Source of the DNA: an uncultured Shewanella sp. | GTDB taxonomy: Bacteria > Pseudomonadota > Gammaproteobacteria > Enterobacterales > Shewanellaceae | Length of the DNA: 64,000 nucleotides | Direction: 5' to 3' | Assembly: GCA_947503555.1 (NCBI GenBank) | Contig: CANNEE010000005.1 | Coordinates: 171,951-235,950, forward strand | Part shown: piece by piece, positions 20,887 through 31,042 of the stretch | Position numbering within the stretch: the first letter of the stretch is position 1 | Layout: every line of letters starts with the position of its first letter | Position numbers and translations under genes: made by a program | Notes under the pieces: model-generated | What the model was told of the DNA's origin: nothing | The model's input: the letters and a program-made list of their open reading frames with translations, nothing else | Database searches by the model: none

Positions 20887-22221
20887 ATGAAATTTGAATC
20901 TTTACCCCTTGTGTCCCAGCTGCTTTCAGGCGTTGCTGAGTGTGGTTATCTGTCTTTAACTCCAGTGCAGGAGAAAGTGATCCCACTTGCGCTCAAAGGG
21001 GGAGACTTGATGGCCTGTGCCGAGACTGGCACGGGTAAAACCGCAGCCTTTGGTTTGCCAGTGCTACAGATGGTGATGGCTGCAAAAGAAGATGTTCCTT
21101 GTCTTAGAGGCTTGATATTAACGCCTACCCGTGAACTTGCCATTCAAGTTGCTCAGAGCTTATCTAATTATGCAAGCCAGCTGAATGTAGAAATTCAGGC
21201 TGTATACGGTGGAGCCAATATTAATCCACAACGTAAGGCTATCGCCCAAGGGGTTGATATTCTCGTGGCAACACCGGGTCGATTATTTGATCTTATTGGT
21301 CAACATGGCCTGTCTTTGGCTGATGTGAACTGCTTAGTGGTTGATGAGGCGGATCGCATGTTAGATCTTGGTTTCGTCAGAGATATTGAAAAGGTGAAAA
21401 CCTTGATTTCACCTTCCCATCAAACCATGCTGTTTTCAGCGACATTTAGCGATAGCGTGCGCAAATTGAGCAACAAGATGTTGCTATCGCCCACATGGAT
21501 CAATATCGATACTAAGAGTACCAAGGCTCGAATAGAGCAATGTGTGTATCTCGTCGATAAAAGACGCAAAGCTGAGATGCTGGCTGAACTGATAGGGCGT
21601 AACAATTGGCAGCAAGTATTAGTCTTCACTAGCACCAAAGAAAGTGCTGAACACTATGTTAAAGAGTTAAAACTCGATGGCGTTAAAGCCAGTGTCTTTC
21701 ATGGTGATAAAACCCAAGGTGCCCGTAATAGGGCGCTAGATGACTTTAAATCTGGAGCAATCAGAGCCTTAGTAGCAACAGATGTTGCTGCGCGAGGATT
21801 AGATATTCAAGCTTTGCCTTTAGTGATCAATTTAGAGTTGCCCGATGATAGCCAAGATTATGTACACAGAATTGGCCGAACTGGGCGAGCTGGATTAAGT
21901 GGCCAGGCCTTTAGTTTTATTAGCCCGTCTGAAGAGAAGGCCTTGAAGGAGATAGAGGTTGAACTTGGATATCAAATTGCCAGAAGGCAACTAGCAGGTT
22001 ATGAGATAGGAGCGCCACTCCCAGAACGCTATCGACAGATTAGCGCCTTGGATAGCAATAAAGGTGCGCGTAAGCAAAAACATGATAACAAGCAACAGCG
22101 TCGCTCTGATAGGGCAAGTCGTAGTAATAAGGGGAGCTCAAAGAGTAAGTTCTCCTCAGCTAAGGAGAGTAGTGGAAAAAGAAAGGTTAATCAGGGAAGT
22201 AAATTGCGTAAAGTGCGCTAG
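20887..22221 (+). CDS. DEAD-box RNA helicase (RhlE-like)
   Basis: TPVQ, AETGTGKT, PTRELA, TPGRL, DEAD, SAT, ATDVAARGLD and YVHRIGRTGRAG motifs; basic tail. Likely start is ATG 20887. Confidence 0.95.
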   Translation: MKFESLPLVSQLLSGVAECGYLSLTPVQEKVIPLALKGGDLMACAETGTGKTAAFGLPVLQMVMAAKEDVPCLRGLILTPTRELAIQVAQSLSNYASQLNVEIQAVYGGANINPQRKAIAQGVDILVATPGRLFDLIGQHGLSLADVNCLVVDEADRMLDLGFVRDIEKVKTLISPSHQTMLFSATFSDSVRKLSNKMLLSPTWINIDTKSTKARIEQCVYLVDKRRKAEMLAELIGRNNWQQVLVFTSTKESAEHYVKELKLDGVKASVFHGDKTQGARNRALDDFKSGAIRALVATDVAARGLDIQALPLVINLELPDDSQDYVHRIGRTGRAGLSGQAFSFISPSEEKALKEIEVELGYQIARRQLAGYEIGAPLPERYRQISALDSNKGARKQKHDNKQQRRSDRASRSNKGSSKSKFSSAKESSGKRKVNQGSKLRKVR

Positions 22222-22266
22222 TATTTTTTGCCAAGGTTAGGGCATGATCAACTCATTCTTGTATAA

Positions 22267-23316
22267 GTGGCAAAGACGATGATATTGCAAGCAGTGGCGA
22301 CCAATGTAATTACTGGTTTTTTAGGTACAGGCAAAACTTCTTTAATCAAACGCTTGCTTGCGAATAAACCTGAAGGTGAAACTTGGGCTGTACTCGTTAA
22401 TGAATTTGGCAAAATTGGTTTAGATGCCAGTTTATTGGACCAAAAAACACAAAAGAGCATTCAAATTAAGGAAGTTGCAGGTGGGTGTATCTGTTGTGCA
22501 GCAGGAGTGCCACTGCAGGTGGCCGTTAATCAGCTACTGATGAAAGCTAAGCCAGACAGGTTACTGATTGAACCTACGGGATTGGGCCACCCTCAGGCAA
22601 TTTTAACAATGTTGTCTGAGCCTCACTTTAAGCAGAGTATCAAACTAAAGAGCTGTATTACCTTGGTGGATGCGAGAAAGCTCAGTGATGAGCGTTATAC
22701 TGAGCATGAGAGCTTTAATCAGCAGCTTGCTGTGAGTAACCTTGTGTTAGCGGCTAAGTCTGATAGTTACAGTGATAACGAGTTAGCGCGATTAACTCAA
22801 TATCTTGTGAATAAAGGCCTACCTCATCTCACGCCTTTACCTTACTCTGACTCCCTACCTTTGCCTGAGACTTTGCTGGATGTGCTAAATCAGGAGTTAA
22901 TTCCAAGTCGTGACGTTAGAGTCTCTCAGCCATCTTTATTACTGAATAGAAGGAAGTCGGGTATTGAGTTGTTCGATGTTCAGTCGGCAGAAGTTGCGCT
23001 ATCGATCGAATTTGATGAGAGTGGAATTTATCGCCAAGAAAATCAAGGTGAAGGATTCTTCTCCTATGGTTGGGTTTTTGATATTAACCATGAGTTTTTG
23101 TTACGCAGCTTAGTGACTTTGGTGAAGTCCATAGAGGCAATTCGGGTTAAATTAGTCATGATCACCGATGAGGGCATAGTGGCGATAAATGTGAGCGATG
23201 GCGAGCTCGATGCCTACGAACTAGATGAAGCAATGGACTCTCGAATTGAAATCATTACCGACAAGGTATTAGATAAGCTTTACTTGGAACAGGCCTTGGT
23301 GACGTTAACGCGATAG
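22267..23316 (+). CDS. COG0523 / CobW-family metal-chaperone GTPase
   Basis: TGFLGTGKTS, VNEFG, GCICC and LIEPTGLGHP motifs. Confidence 0.92.
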   Translation: MAKTMILQAVATNVITGFLGTGKTSLIKRLLANKPEGETWAVLVNEFGKIGLDASLLDQKTQKSIQIKEVAGGCICCAAGVPLQVAVNQLLMKAKPDRLLIEPTGLGHPQAILTMLSEPHFKQSIKLKSCITLVDARKLSDERYTEHESFNQQLAVSNLVLAAKSDSYSDNELARLTQYLVNKGLPHLTPLPYSDSLPLPETLLDVLNQELIPSRDVRVSQPSLLLNRRKSGIELFDVQSAEVALSIEFDESGIYRQENQGEGFFSYGWVFDINHEFLLRSLVTLVKSIEAIRVKLVMITDEGIVAINVSDGELDAYELDEAMDSRIEIITDKVLDKLYLEQALVTLTR

Positions 23317-23439
23317 CGATCTGTTTGTAAATGGGAGCTTGGTCGAATTTATTGTCATCATTGTTGTGGGTTACTTTCCTTATTTCAGTATGCCTGCTGT
23401 AATCTTAGTCATACCAAAGTGCTCATTGAGGAGACGTTG

Positions 23440-23886
23440 ATGCATACCTATCCTTGGCAAGAAAAGTATAATGTTGATTTAGAAGCGATAGATGTTGAGC
23501 ATAAGAATTTACTTGCCTGTGTAAACAAATTGATTACCGCTCAAAATATGGGAAAACCTGCCCTGTTAAAGCTTGCCGATGAAGTGGTTTTCTATGCAGA
23601 GTTTCACTTTTTGAGTGAAGAAAACTTGATGTTTATGACCCATTATCCGGATCTTGCAAGTCATAGTGAGCTCCATAGACAATTAATAAAACAGTTGAAA
23701 AATGAGCGAAATAAGTTAGAAGACAGCGTTGAGAATTTGCAGGAGTTTGTGAGTTTTCTTGTTCACTGGTTCGTTGAACATACCCAAACGATTGATCGTA
23801 AACTCAGCCATTATATTCGCCATTATAAACCGGGTAAGGGCTCCCCTGAATATTTGATAAAAATGTTAGCTGAAGGAAAACCTTAA
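23440..23886 (+). CDS. Single-domain bacteriohemerythrin
   Basis: IDVEH…HFLSEE…HSELH…WFVEHTQTID di-iron ligand pattern; GAGGAG RBS before ATG 23440. Confidence 0.9.
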   Translation: MHTYPWQEKYNVDLEAIDVEHKNLLACVNKLITAQNMGKPALLKLADEVVFYAEFHFLSEENLMFMTHYPDLASHSELHRQLIKQLKNERNKLEDSVENLQEFVSFLVHWFVEHTQTIDRKLSHYIRHYKPGKGSPEYLIKMLAEGKP

Positions 23887-23990
23887 GCTTAAACATCTTA
23901 AACAAGCATTGAGCTCTCCATTAATTGCTCTTGTTATTCTAAAACTGATGACCTAGAGTGTTATCTTTGTTTTTACATAGGGATATCACA

Positions 23991-25079
23991 GTGAATCTAA
24001 AGCAATTTTCATTATCTATTTTATTCTGCGGGGTGAGTTTGGCCTCTTATCCTAGCCAAGCTTCACAGGTAGATTTCAAATCTTCTTATCAAGCCTATCA
24101 AGATGCTCTAGCATCAGGGAAGCCTGAACTTATCTTGTCAACGGCCCAAGATGCATACAATCAAGCCCAATCTGTTTATGGCAAAGATAGCGTAGATATG
24201 GCAAATCTGGCATTAAACTGGGCTAGCGCCCTTATTGATAATCAAGAGAAAAAGGCCTCTGGCAATCTTAAGGCTGCTGAGCTATTGCAGTTTGCTCTTG
24301 GTGTTTATGAACAGCAATATGGTGAGTATGGAGTAGAGCTAGTCGACCCGCTTTTAGGTTTGGCCTCAATTAGCAAAGATATGGTTAAGAAGAAGGACTA
24401 CTTCAACAGAGTGCTTGAGATTGCCAGAAAGAGTGATGACAAGCTTCTACTCGCAGATATGCAGATAGAAACCGTATTGGGTCTTGCCGGAACACCTGAA
24501 TACAATAGGAAAGTACAAAATTATGTTTTTTCAGCATTGAGTACTTATAGCGAACTACTGCCAGAGGACGCCCTCAAACGCGTTAAGACGACTTATCTTG
24601 CTGCTAGCATAAGGTTTTCTCAGAAGAAGTTTGTAAAGGCTACAGAGCTGTTTGAAGAGGTTGTAAAGCAGTTTGATAAGCTCAACTATGATCATCCCTA
24701 TGAGCTGACATCACATGCAAAATTAGTCGAGCTCTATGAGCGCCAAGGTGAAAGTGATAAGTCGACTAAGCACTGTTTAGCTATAGGTGAAATGACACCT
24801 TGGTCAGATGACCAGGATCAGACCCCACTTTATCGAAAAGAGCCTAAGTGGCCTATGTCTTATGTGAAAGCTGGAAAAAGCGGTATGGCACAGGTGGCCT
24901 TCAAGGTAGATAAACAGGGCTTTGTGACTGAAGCTGAAGTTATTACTGTCGAAGGAGGCAAGAAGTTTGGTAAAGCTGCTTTAGAGGCGGTAAAGAAATG
25001 GCGCTATGCACCTAAGTTTGAAAATGGCCAGCCAGTAGTGGCAAAGTCTAAAGTACAAATTGATTTCAACATGCTTTAG
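23991..25079 (+). CDS. Exported TPR-repeat protein with a C-terminal TonB_C domain
   Basis: Signal-like N-terminus, helical TPR-like middle, and C-terminal PLYRKEPKWP…AFKVDKQGFV…AVKKWRYAP…VQIDF. Start is uncertain (23958 or 23991). Confidence 0.8.
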   Translation: MNLKQFSLSILFCGVSLASYPSQASQVDFKSSYQAYQDALASGKPELILSTAQDAYNQAQSVYGKDSVDMANLALNWASALIDNQEKKASGNLKAAELLQFALGVYEQQYGEYGVELVDPLLGLASISKDMVKKKDYFNRVLEIARKSDDKLLLADMQIETVLGLAGTPEYNRKVQNYVFSALSTYSELLPEDALKRVKTTYLAASIRFSQKKFVKATELFEEVVKQFDKLNYDHPYELTSHAKLVELYERQGESDKSTKHCLAIGEMTPWSDDQDQTPLYRKEPKWPMSYVKAGKSGMAQVAFKVDKQGFVTEAEVITVEGGKKFGKAALEAVKKWRYAPKFENGQPVVAKSKVQIDFNML

Positions 25080-25102
25080 CTGTCGCTATAAATTTCAGGC
25101 AT

Positions 25103-25136
25103 AAAAAAAGGCCGGGTTGTCGAAGCCGCGGCCTTT
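25103..25136 (-). terminator. Terminator-like hairpin after lldG (between convergent genes)
   Basis: AAAAAAAGGCCG…CGGCCTTT inverted repeat with an A tract on + (U tract on -). Confidence 0.6.
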
Positions 25137-25157
25137 GGCTTGTGCTCTAATAGCGAG

Positions 25158-25730
25158 TTAGAGAAGGTACACGTTTAAGCTGCAGGCACCGTGTGCCCCG
25201 ACAACCAACGATTGTTCGATATCAGCCGTTTTAGATGGGCCTGCAATGTAGGCTCCAAAACCACCTGATTCGTGTATTACTTTCTTAGAAGCTTCATGCA
25301 TATTTGGTACTATGCTATCAGCGTCAATCATAAGAATGAGGTTTTCGCAGATAAAAGGAATAACCCTTTGACCTAGCTTGTCAATATCAACCCAGATGGC
25401 ACCGTTTTCAGCGACACCTAGCTGACCTTTAACTACTGCAAAGTCGATGTTTTGCAGCTCGTGACCCGTTGTTTCAGGTACTTCGCGGTTACCTTCGATA
25501 CCATCAACCAATGAGATAACTTGGCTACCTTCTTTGGTTAACTTGTCAATTTGAGCTTTAACAGCATCGTAACCACCTTCTTTGTGCAGGATACCTGCAA
25601 CAGCTTTCAGGTTAGTTTCAAATTGACCTACAAGATCATCAGTGCGTGCTTCAACCTTGATCTCTGGCATAGGCACTGGCGCGATAGCCACTTGCTTTAC
25701 AGCATTTAGAATATGATTTTTACTAGACAT
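25158..25730 (-). CDS. lldG: L-lactate dehydrogenase complex subunit (LUD domain; LutC/YkgG-like)
   Basis: GVAENGAIW…IAGPSKTADIEQSLVVGAHG; third gene after lldE-lldF. Likely start is ATG 25730. Confidence 0.9.
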   Translation of the reverse strand: MSSKNHILNAVKQVAIAPVPMPEIKVEARTDDLVGQFETNLKAVAGILHKEGGYDAVKAQIDKLTKEGSQVISLVDGIEGNREVPETTGHELQNIDFAVVKGQLGVAENGAIWVDIDKLGQRVIPFICENLILMIDADSIVPNMHEASKKVIHESGGFGAYIAGPSKTADIEQSLVVGAHGACSLNVYLL

Positions 25731-25731
25731 C

Positions 25732-27096
25732 TTAGTTGCTCCTGTTCTTCTTATACCAAGCTTCGAAGCTTGAAGAGGCACCAGCTGGTAGCTCGCGGTA
25801 CTTACCCCATGCGCCAGAGAATGGCTTCATTAAGCCGCCTGGTAGGATACGAAGCGCGGTACGTGCAACGCTCATAGAGCAGTTGAGCATAGTTTCGCTC
25901 GCCATGAAGTTACCTACTAGTGGCATATAAGAGCCTTTACCGTAAGGTAGCTTGCCAGCCTCAGCTTTAAGGCGACGATGGCGATGAATAATCTGGTCTA
26001 GTGGAACCTTGGTCGGACAAACTGAAGTACAGCTACCACATAGAGTACACGCCCAAGCAATCGAGTTGGTGTCATCGTCTTGTGCACCTACGGCGATACC
26101 GATAGGGCCTGGAATCACATAGTTATAACTATGACCACCAGAACGACGATAAACAGGACAAGTATTTAGACAGCCACCACAGCGGATACACTTAAGTGAC
26201 TCGCCGATGATCTTGTCTTTCAACATTGCAGAGCGACCTTGGTCTACCACGATGACGTGCATTTCGCCGCCTTTTTGTGGACCACGGTAGAAGGTGCTGT
26301 AAGTAGTAACAGGCTGACCTGTAGCGTTACGAGCAAGCATACGCAATAATACGTGTGCGCCGTCCATATTAGGTACTAGCTTGTCGATACCCATAGAGTG
26401 GATTTGAACCTTAGGTAGGTTCGCACCCATATCTGCGTTACCTTCGTTGGTACAAACGACAATGCTACCTGTTTCAGCAATTGCCATGTTAACACCAGTC
26501 ATGGCGGCATCGGCAGTTAAGAAGTGCTCACGTAGGTGTGAACGAGCTGCACGAGTTAGATAGGTTGGGTCAGAAGCGCCGGCTTCTGTACCAATCTTCT
26601 CGTGGAATAGATCACCCACTTCTTCTTTTTTCATATGAATTGCAGGCAATACAATATGTGAAGGTGGCTGTTCTGCTAGCTGAATAATACGCTCACCTAA
26701 GTCAGTATCGATAACTTCAATACCACGCTTTTCTAGGTAAGGGTTCATGTGACACTCTTCGGTCAACATGGACTTAGATTTAACTAGCTTTTTAACATTG
26801 TGCTTAGCAAGAATACTGTGAGCAATTTCGTTGTGCTCTGCTGCATCTTTAGCCCAGTGAACGATAACGCCGTTTGCTTTACAGTTCTTTTCAAACTCTT
26901 CTAGGTATTCAGCTAGGTGAGTTAGCGTATGTAGCTTAACCTGTGAACCTAGTTCACGGATTTGCTCCCACTCAGGGATGCTGCCAGCAGCGCGGTCACG
27001 TTTTTCACGAACAAACCAAAGTGCTTTTGAATGCCAGTCAACTTTTGGCTCATTTTGGCAAAAGATGTCGGCCTTATGGGCGTGAACATTAGACAT
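25732..27096 (-). CDS. lldF: L-lactate dehydrogenase Fe-S subunit (LutB/YkgF-like)
   Basis: VKSKSM, ETDLGE-like TDLGERI, PSHIVLPAIH, NEGNA, CIRCGGCLNTCP and CTLCGSCTSVCP motifs. Confidence 0.94.
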   Translation of the reverse strand: MSNVHAHKADIFCQNEPKVDWHSKALWFVREKRDRAAGSIPEWEQIRELGSQVKLHTLTHLAEYLEEFEKNCKANGVIVHWAKDAAEHNEIAHSILAKHNVKKLVKSKSMLTEECHMNPYLEKRGIEVIDTDLGERIIQLAEQPPSHIVLPAIHMKKEEVGDLFHEKIGTEAGASDPTYLTRAARSHLREHFLTADAAMTGVNMAIAETGSIVVCTNEGNADMGANLPKVQIHSMGIDKLVPNMDGAHVLLRMLARNATGQPVTTYSTFYRGPQKGGEMHVIVVDQGRSAMLKDKIIGESLKCIRCGGCLNTCPVYRRSGGHSYNYVIPGPIGIAVGAQDDDTNSIAWACTLCGSCTSVCPTKVPLDQIIHRHRRLKAEAGKLPYGKGSYMPLVGNFMASETMLNCSMSVARTALRILPGGLMKPFSGAWGKYRELPAGASSSFEAWYKKNRSN

Positions 27097-27108
27097 AATG
27101 AGATCTCC

Positions 27109-27852
27109 CTATAGTGCCGCGTTGATGATTTGCGCAATATGGCGCGTTTCGATAGGCAGCTTCTGCTTGCGGATCGTACCATCTAGGTGCAATAAGCAAG
27201 ATGGATCGAAACCTACTGCGTAAGCAGCGCCTGTAGCAGCATGGTAATGGGCTTTATCTTTACCCATCTTGCCAGATACAGAGCCTTCATCTAGTGCAAA
27301 GGTGCCACCGAAACCACAACATTCATCTTTACGTTCTGGATATACAATCTCGATACCTGAGATACGCTCAAGGATCGCTTCCATTTTGTTGTACTTGGGT
27401 CCCATCTCTTCACTTGGTGAAGCCAAATCCAGCATACGAATACCGTGACAGCTAAGCTGCAGGCTGATCTTATGAGGGAATGATTTGTTGAACTTCTTGA
27501 TAGGTGCAACATCATGAAGGAATTCAGTTAGCTCATAGAGCTTGTTGATCACTTCTTGTGCTTCACGGCTATCATCAAATTCGTGGAAATTTTCTTTTGC
27601 AGCAACCAGGCACGAGGCTGCAGGACAAACGATGGCATCACACTCAACACCCTTGAAGGCGTTAAGCAGTTTTAAGGTTGTCTTTTTAGCCTCGTTGAAA
27701 CATCCTGAGTTGGTCATTGGCTGACCACAACATGTTTGACCTGAGGGTAAAATGACCTGATGCCCTAGTTTCTCCAGTAGCTCTAAGGTAGCGATTGCGA
27801 CCTCTGGTACCATCTGGTTCACTAGGCATGGAATGAAAAGGGCTATTTTCAT
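27109..27852 (-). CDS. lldE: L-lactate dehydrogenase subunit (CCG domains; LutA/YkgE-like)
   Basis: FIPCL, QTCCGQP and ECCGFGGTF motifs. Likely start is ATG 27852; the ORF track starts at 27879. Confidence 0.93.
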   Translation of the reverse strand: MKIALFIPCLVNQMVPEVAIATLELLEKLGHQVILPSGQTCCGQPMTNSGCFNEAKKTTLKLLNAFKGVECDAIVCPAASCLVAAKENFHEFDDSREAQEVINKLYELTEFLHDVAPIKKFNKSFPHKISLQLSCHGIRMLDLASPSEEMGPKYNKMEAILERISGIEIVYPERKDECCGFGGTFALDEGSVSGKMGKDKAHYHAATGAAYAVGFDPSCLLHLDGTIRKQKLPIETRHIAQIINAAL

Positions 27853-28090
27853 TGTGTTATCCCTTGTGTTGGCTGACATTGCTCGGTACTTTAAAAGCGA
27901 GTGTTAACGCTTTGTTGGTACCTTAATTATAGGAACAATATATGTCTTCTGGGTGGGTAAGAATAGAGCTAATTTAGTAAATAAGCTTTTGTATATTCTC
28001 ATTTTTGAGAAGGTGTTAACTGGTTGATTTTATTTTTATTTTTAAAGGTAGTAGGTCAAAAAGTAAACTGCAAAAAATGCTTTTTTAGTT

Positions 28091-28106
28091 TGTGATCTCC
28101 ATCTCG
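28091..28106. promoter_or_regulatory. Possible CRP site upstream of lldE
   Basis: TGTGA-TCTCCA-TCTCG; 8/10 match to TGTGA-N6-TCACA. Confidence 0.4.
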
Positions 28107-28107
28107 T

Positions 28108-28144
28108 AAAAAAGCCCTGATTATTGCTAATCAGGGCTTTTTTT
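28108..28144. terminator. Intrinsic terminator after dld
   Basis: AAAAAAGCCCTGATTA-TTGC-TAATCAGGGCTTTTTTT. Confidence 0.9.
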
Positions 28145-28159
28145 TGAGCTATTTCACGT

Positions 28160-30964
28160 TTATCGTGTACATTCTTCTAACAAATATGCTAGGTGCCTGT
28201 ATGGGACGCCACTATGTTGTGTTAATCCGACTTCACACATGCGATTTGCATAGTAACCTTCCTTAACATCAACAGGGATTAGCTTCTTGATATTTCGCAG
28301 AGCTACCGCGTTAATTTCAGGTTTGTACAAGCCTTTTTCACCAGCATAACCACAACATTCAATTCCAGCCGGACGAATGACTTGATCACAACATGCATTC
28401 GCGATGGCCTGCATTTTAGGTTCCATCTGCATGGTTCTAGCACTACAACCTAAGTGCAGAGCCGCATGCGACTTCTTATTAATCTTAAGTTTCGGCATGA
28501 TTTCGTCATGCATAAACTCGACAAGATCGACAATATTCACATTGGGGTTGCCACCTAAAGTACGTTTAGTACAAGACAGAGCATCAACGATAACTGGAAG
28601 TTTCCCTGCGTCAGTCATTTGCGCTACCGCATTGATCAGCTCTTGACGTTTGGCGTCGGCATTTTTGAAATCACCCTTAGATTCCCACATTTGACCACAA
28701 CAGAGATCGCGTGTTTTTTCAGGAGTAATCACGTTATAGCCGGCACGCTCAAGAAGCGTAACCACGACTTCTGGTAATGGGCGTTTGTCGGTATCAACTG
28801 GAGTCGGTCCAAAGGTGCGACCACCACAGGCTGGGAAATAAACCACTGTTTGTTGCCCAGCTTTTGGTGCTGAAACCGTGGGTAATTTACCGCCTTTCGG
28901 GAATGAAGGATTCCAATATGGCACTTCACTACTGATGGCTCGACCCGCTTTCATCATGGCACCGGTAATACCGTCGCCAGTGATTTTGTGAATAGTGCCT
29001 AACATATCGAAGCCAGCACTAATCACACCATTGACCGCACCAAAGTTATTAGCTTGGAAGTCCAAGAACTTTTGCTGGCCAGGAGTGATGTACTCGGTTC
29101 TTAGCTTGCGAACCAACTGACCCATCTTGTTATCGACTGGGCAAGCTATGGTACATAGCTGGCAGGCGGCACAGGTATCAACCACATCATATTTAGCTGC
29201 TGCTTTGAGTTCGGCTGCTGCTTGTTTATCACCGGATTGCTCCAAACGCTCGATTTCACGAAGGGTGGCAATACGTTGACGAGGAGTGAAGTTCAGCGCT
29301 GAAGTAGGGCAAGTCTTTTCACAGAAACCACAGTCTAAGCACTTATCGACAAAGTCATCGACTACAGGGCAAGGCTTGATGTTCTTAACATGGATTTCAT
29401 CATCAGTGTTAAGAATAACACCGGGGTTGAGTATGCCTTGAGGATCGAATAACTCTTTGATCTTATGCATCAATTCCGTTGCTTCTTTACCCCATTCTTT
29501 TTCAACAAAAGGTGCAACCGCACGACCTGTACCATGTTCAGCTTTCATTGAACCGTCGTACTTGTTGATCACCATATCGGCAATATCGTCCATAAAGGCT
29601 TGGAAATTATCGATATCTTTTTGAGTCGAGAAGGTTGGTGTAATGATGAAGTGGAAGTTACCTGCTAATGCGTGACCATAGATACAGCCTTCAGGGTAAC
29701 CGTATTTATGGAATAGCTCGGTGATATCACTTGCTGCTGCCGCTAAGTGCTCAAGTTCAAATGCCACATCTTCAATAATAACTGATGTGCCCTTTGGACG
29801 CTCACCAGCAACGATTGGGAAAAGCCCCTTACGCATTGCCCAGTATTCATTGAATACTGCTGGGTCTGTACTAAAGGTCACAGGGCGAATAACATCAAAA
29901 GGTGAAAGCTTTTGAATCACATCTTGAGTGTATTCTTCTAAGGTATCTGCATCATCGGCACGGGACTCGATCAGCAAAATTGCTGACAGTTCAGGTAGTT
30001 CTGATAGCCAATTTGGCATACCTGGTTTACCTGTAACCGCTTTAATGGATGGCCAGTCTAGTAGTTCGGCAGCGGCAACACTTTCACCGTTGATTAACGG
30101 AATCGCGCGTGCAGCATCTTCCATATTATAGAAAACTGCCATGGCAGATGCTTTAAATTTAGCTTCATTAACAGTGTGGTATGTCACTTCGCTAATGAAA
30201 GCCAGAGTACCTTCCATACCCACCATTAGGTGGTTAAGGATGTCGAAGGGCTCGCTAAAATCGACCAGAGAGTTAATGCCGTAACCAGTGGTATTTTTAA
30301 TGGCGAATTTCTTACGGATTTTATCCGCTAGTTCCTTATTATGGCGGGTCTCATGTGAGAGTTCATTTAAGGTATCTAGAATATGGCCGTGGGATTGTTT
30401 AAAGGCTGCTTTTGAATTATTACAACCTGTATCAAGCTCAGTGCCATCGGCAAAAACCAGTTTAGCTGAATCTATGGTTTGATAGCTATTTTCTGCGGTA
30501 CCACAACACATACCTGAAGCATTATTTGCGACAATACCACCGACCATGGCTGATGCAATTGTGGCTGGATCTGGACCTATTTTACGGTTAAGGGGAGCAA
30601 GTACGGCATTAGCGTCAGCGCCAATGACAGCAGGACCTAAGGTCACTTTCATTGCATCGCTGCTAACGTCAATTTTTCTAAAGCCATCATGACCAAGAAT
30701 AAGCAAAATACCTTCACCTATCGCCTGACCAGACAAACTGGTACCAGCGGCACGGAAGGTAAGGGGAGCGCTATGTTTTCTGGCTACAGCTAAGGTTTGT
30801 TTGACTTGTTCAACGGTATCTGCGTGAACTACCACTTCTGGGACGATTCTGAAGTAGCTTGCATCGGTTGACCAAGCAAAACGGCGTACATACTCATCGC
30901 TTACGGGCGCGTCACCCAACGCGTTGCGCAAATCCGCAACAACGTCTTTATAATTTATCGACAT
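28160..30964 (-). CDS. dld: Respiratory FAD/Fe-S D-lactate dehydrogenase (Dld-II)
   Basis: RAAGTSLSGQ FAD motif, GMEGTL, IEDVAF, HALAGNFH, AEHGTG, CLDCGFCEKTCP and C-terminal CCG domains; lies between lldP and lldEFG. Confidence 0.92.
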   Translation of the reverse strand: MSINYKDVVADLRNALGDAPVSDEYVRRFAWSTDASYFRIVPEVVVHADTVEQVKQTLAVARKHSAPLTFRAAGTSLSGQAIGEGILLILGHDGFRKIDVSSDAMKVTLGPAVIGADANAVLAPLNRKIGPDPATIASAMVGGIVANNASGMCCGTAENSYQTIDSAKLVFADGTELDTGCNNSKAAFKQSHGHILDTLNELSHETRHNKELADKIRKKFAIKNTTGYGINSLVDFSEPFDILNHLMVGMEGTLAFISEVTYHTVNEAKFKASAMAVFYNMEDAARAIPLINGESVAAAELLDWPSIKAVTGKPGMPNWLSELPELSAILLIESRADDADTLEEYTQDVIQKLSPFDVIRPVTFSTDPAVFNEYWAMRKGLFPIVAGERPKGTSVIIEDVAFELEHLAAAASDITELFHKYGYPEGCIYGHALAGNFHFIITPTFSTQKDIDNFQAFMDDIADMVINKYDGSMKAEHGTGRAVAPFVEKEWGKEATELMHKIKELFDPQGILNPGVILNTDDEIHVKNIKPCPVVDDFVDKCLDCGFCEKTCPTSALNFTPRQRIATLREIERLEQSGDKQAAAELKAAAKYDVVDTCAACQLCTIACPVDNKMGQLVRKLRTEYITPGQQKFLDFQANNFGAVNGVISAGFDMLGTIHKITGDGITGAMMKAGRAISSEVPYWNPSFPKGGKLPTVSAPKAGQQTVVYFPACGGRTFGPTPVDTDKRPLPEVVVTLLERAGYNVITPEKTRDLCCGQMWESKGDFKNADAKRQELINAVAQMTDAGKLPVIVDALSCTKRTLGGNPNVNIVDLVEFMHDEIMPKLKINKKSHAALHLGCSARTMQMEPKMQAIANACCDQVIRPAGIECCGYAGEKGLYKPEINAVALRNIKKLIPVDVKEGYYANRMCEVGLTQHSGVPYRHLAYLLEECTR

Positions 30965-31000
30965 TGGAAACTCTCTCTAGCTCGCTATTATATTTATACA

Positions 31001-31026
31001 GCAAAAGCCGCTAATGCGGCTTTTGC
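31001..31026. terminator. Hairpin/terminator between lldP and dld
   Basis: GCAAAAGCCGC-TAAT-GCGGCTTTTGC. Confidence 0.7.
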
Positions 31027-31042
31027 TTGATAGGGTTGGGTA

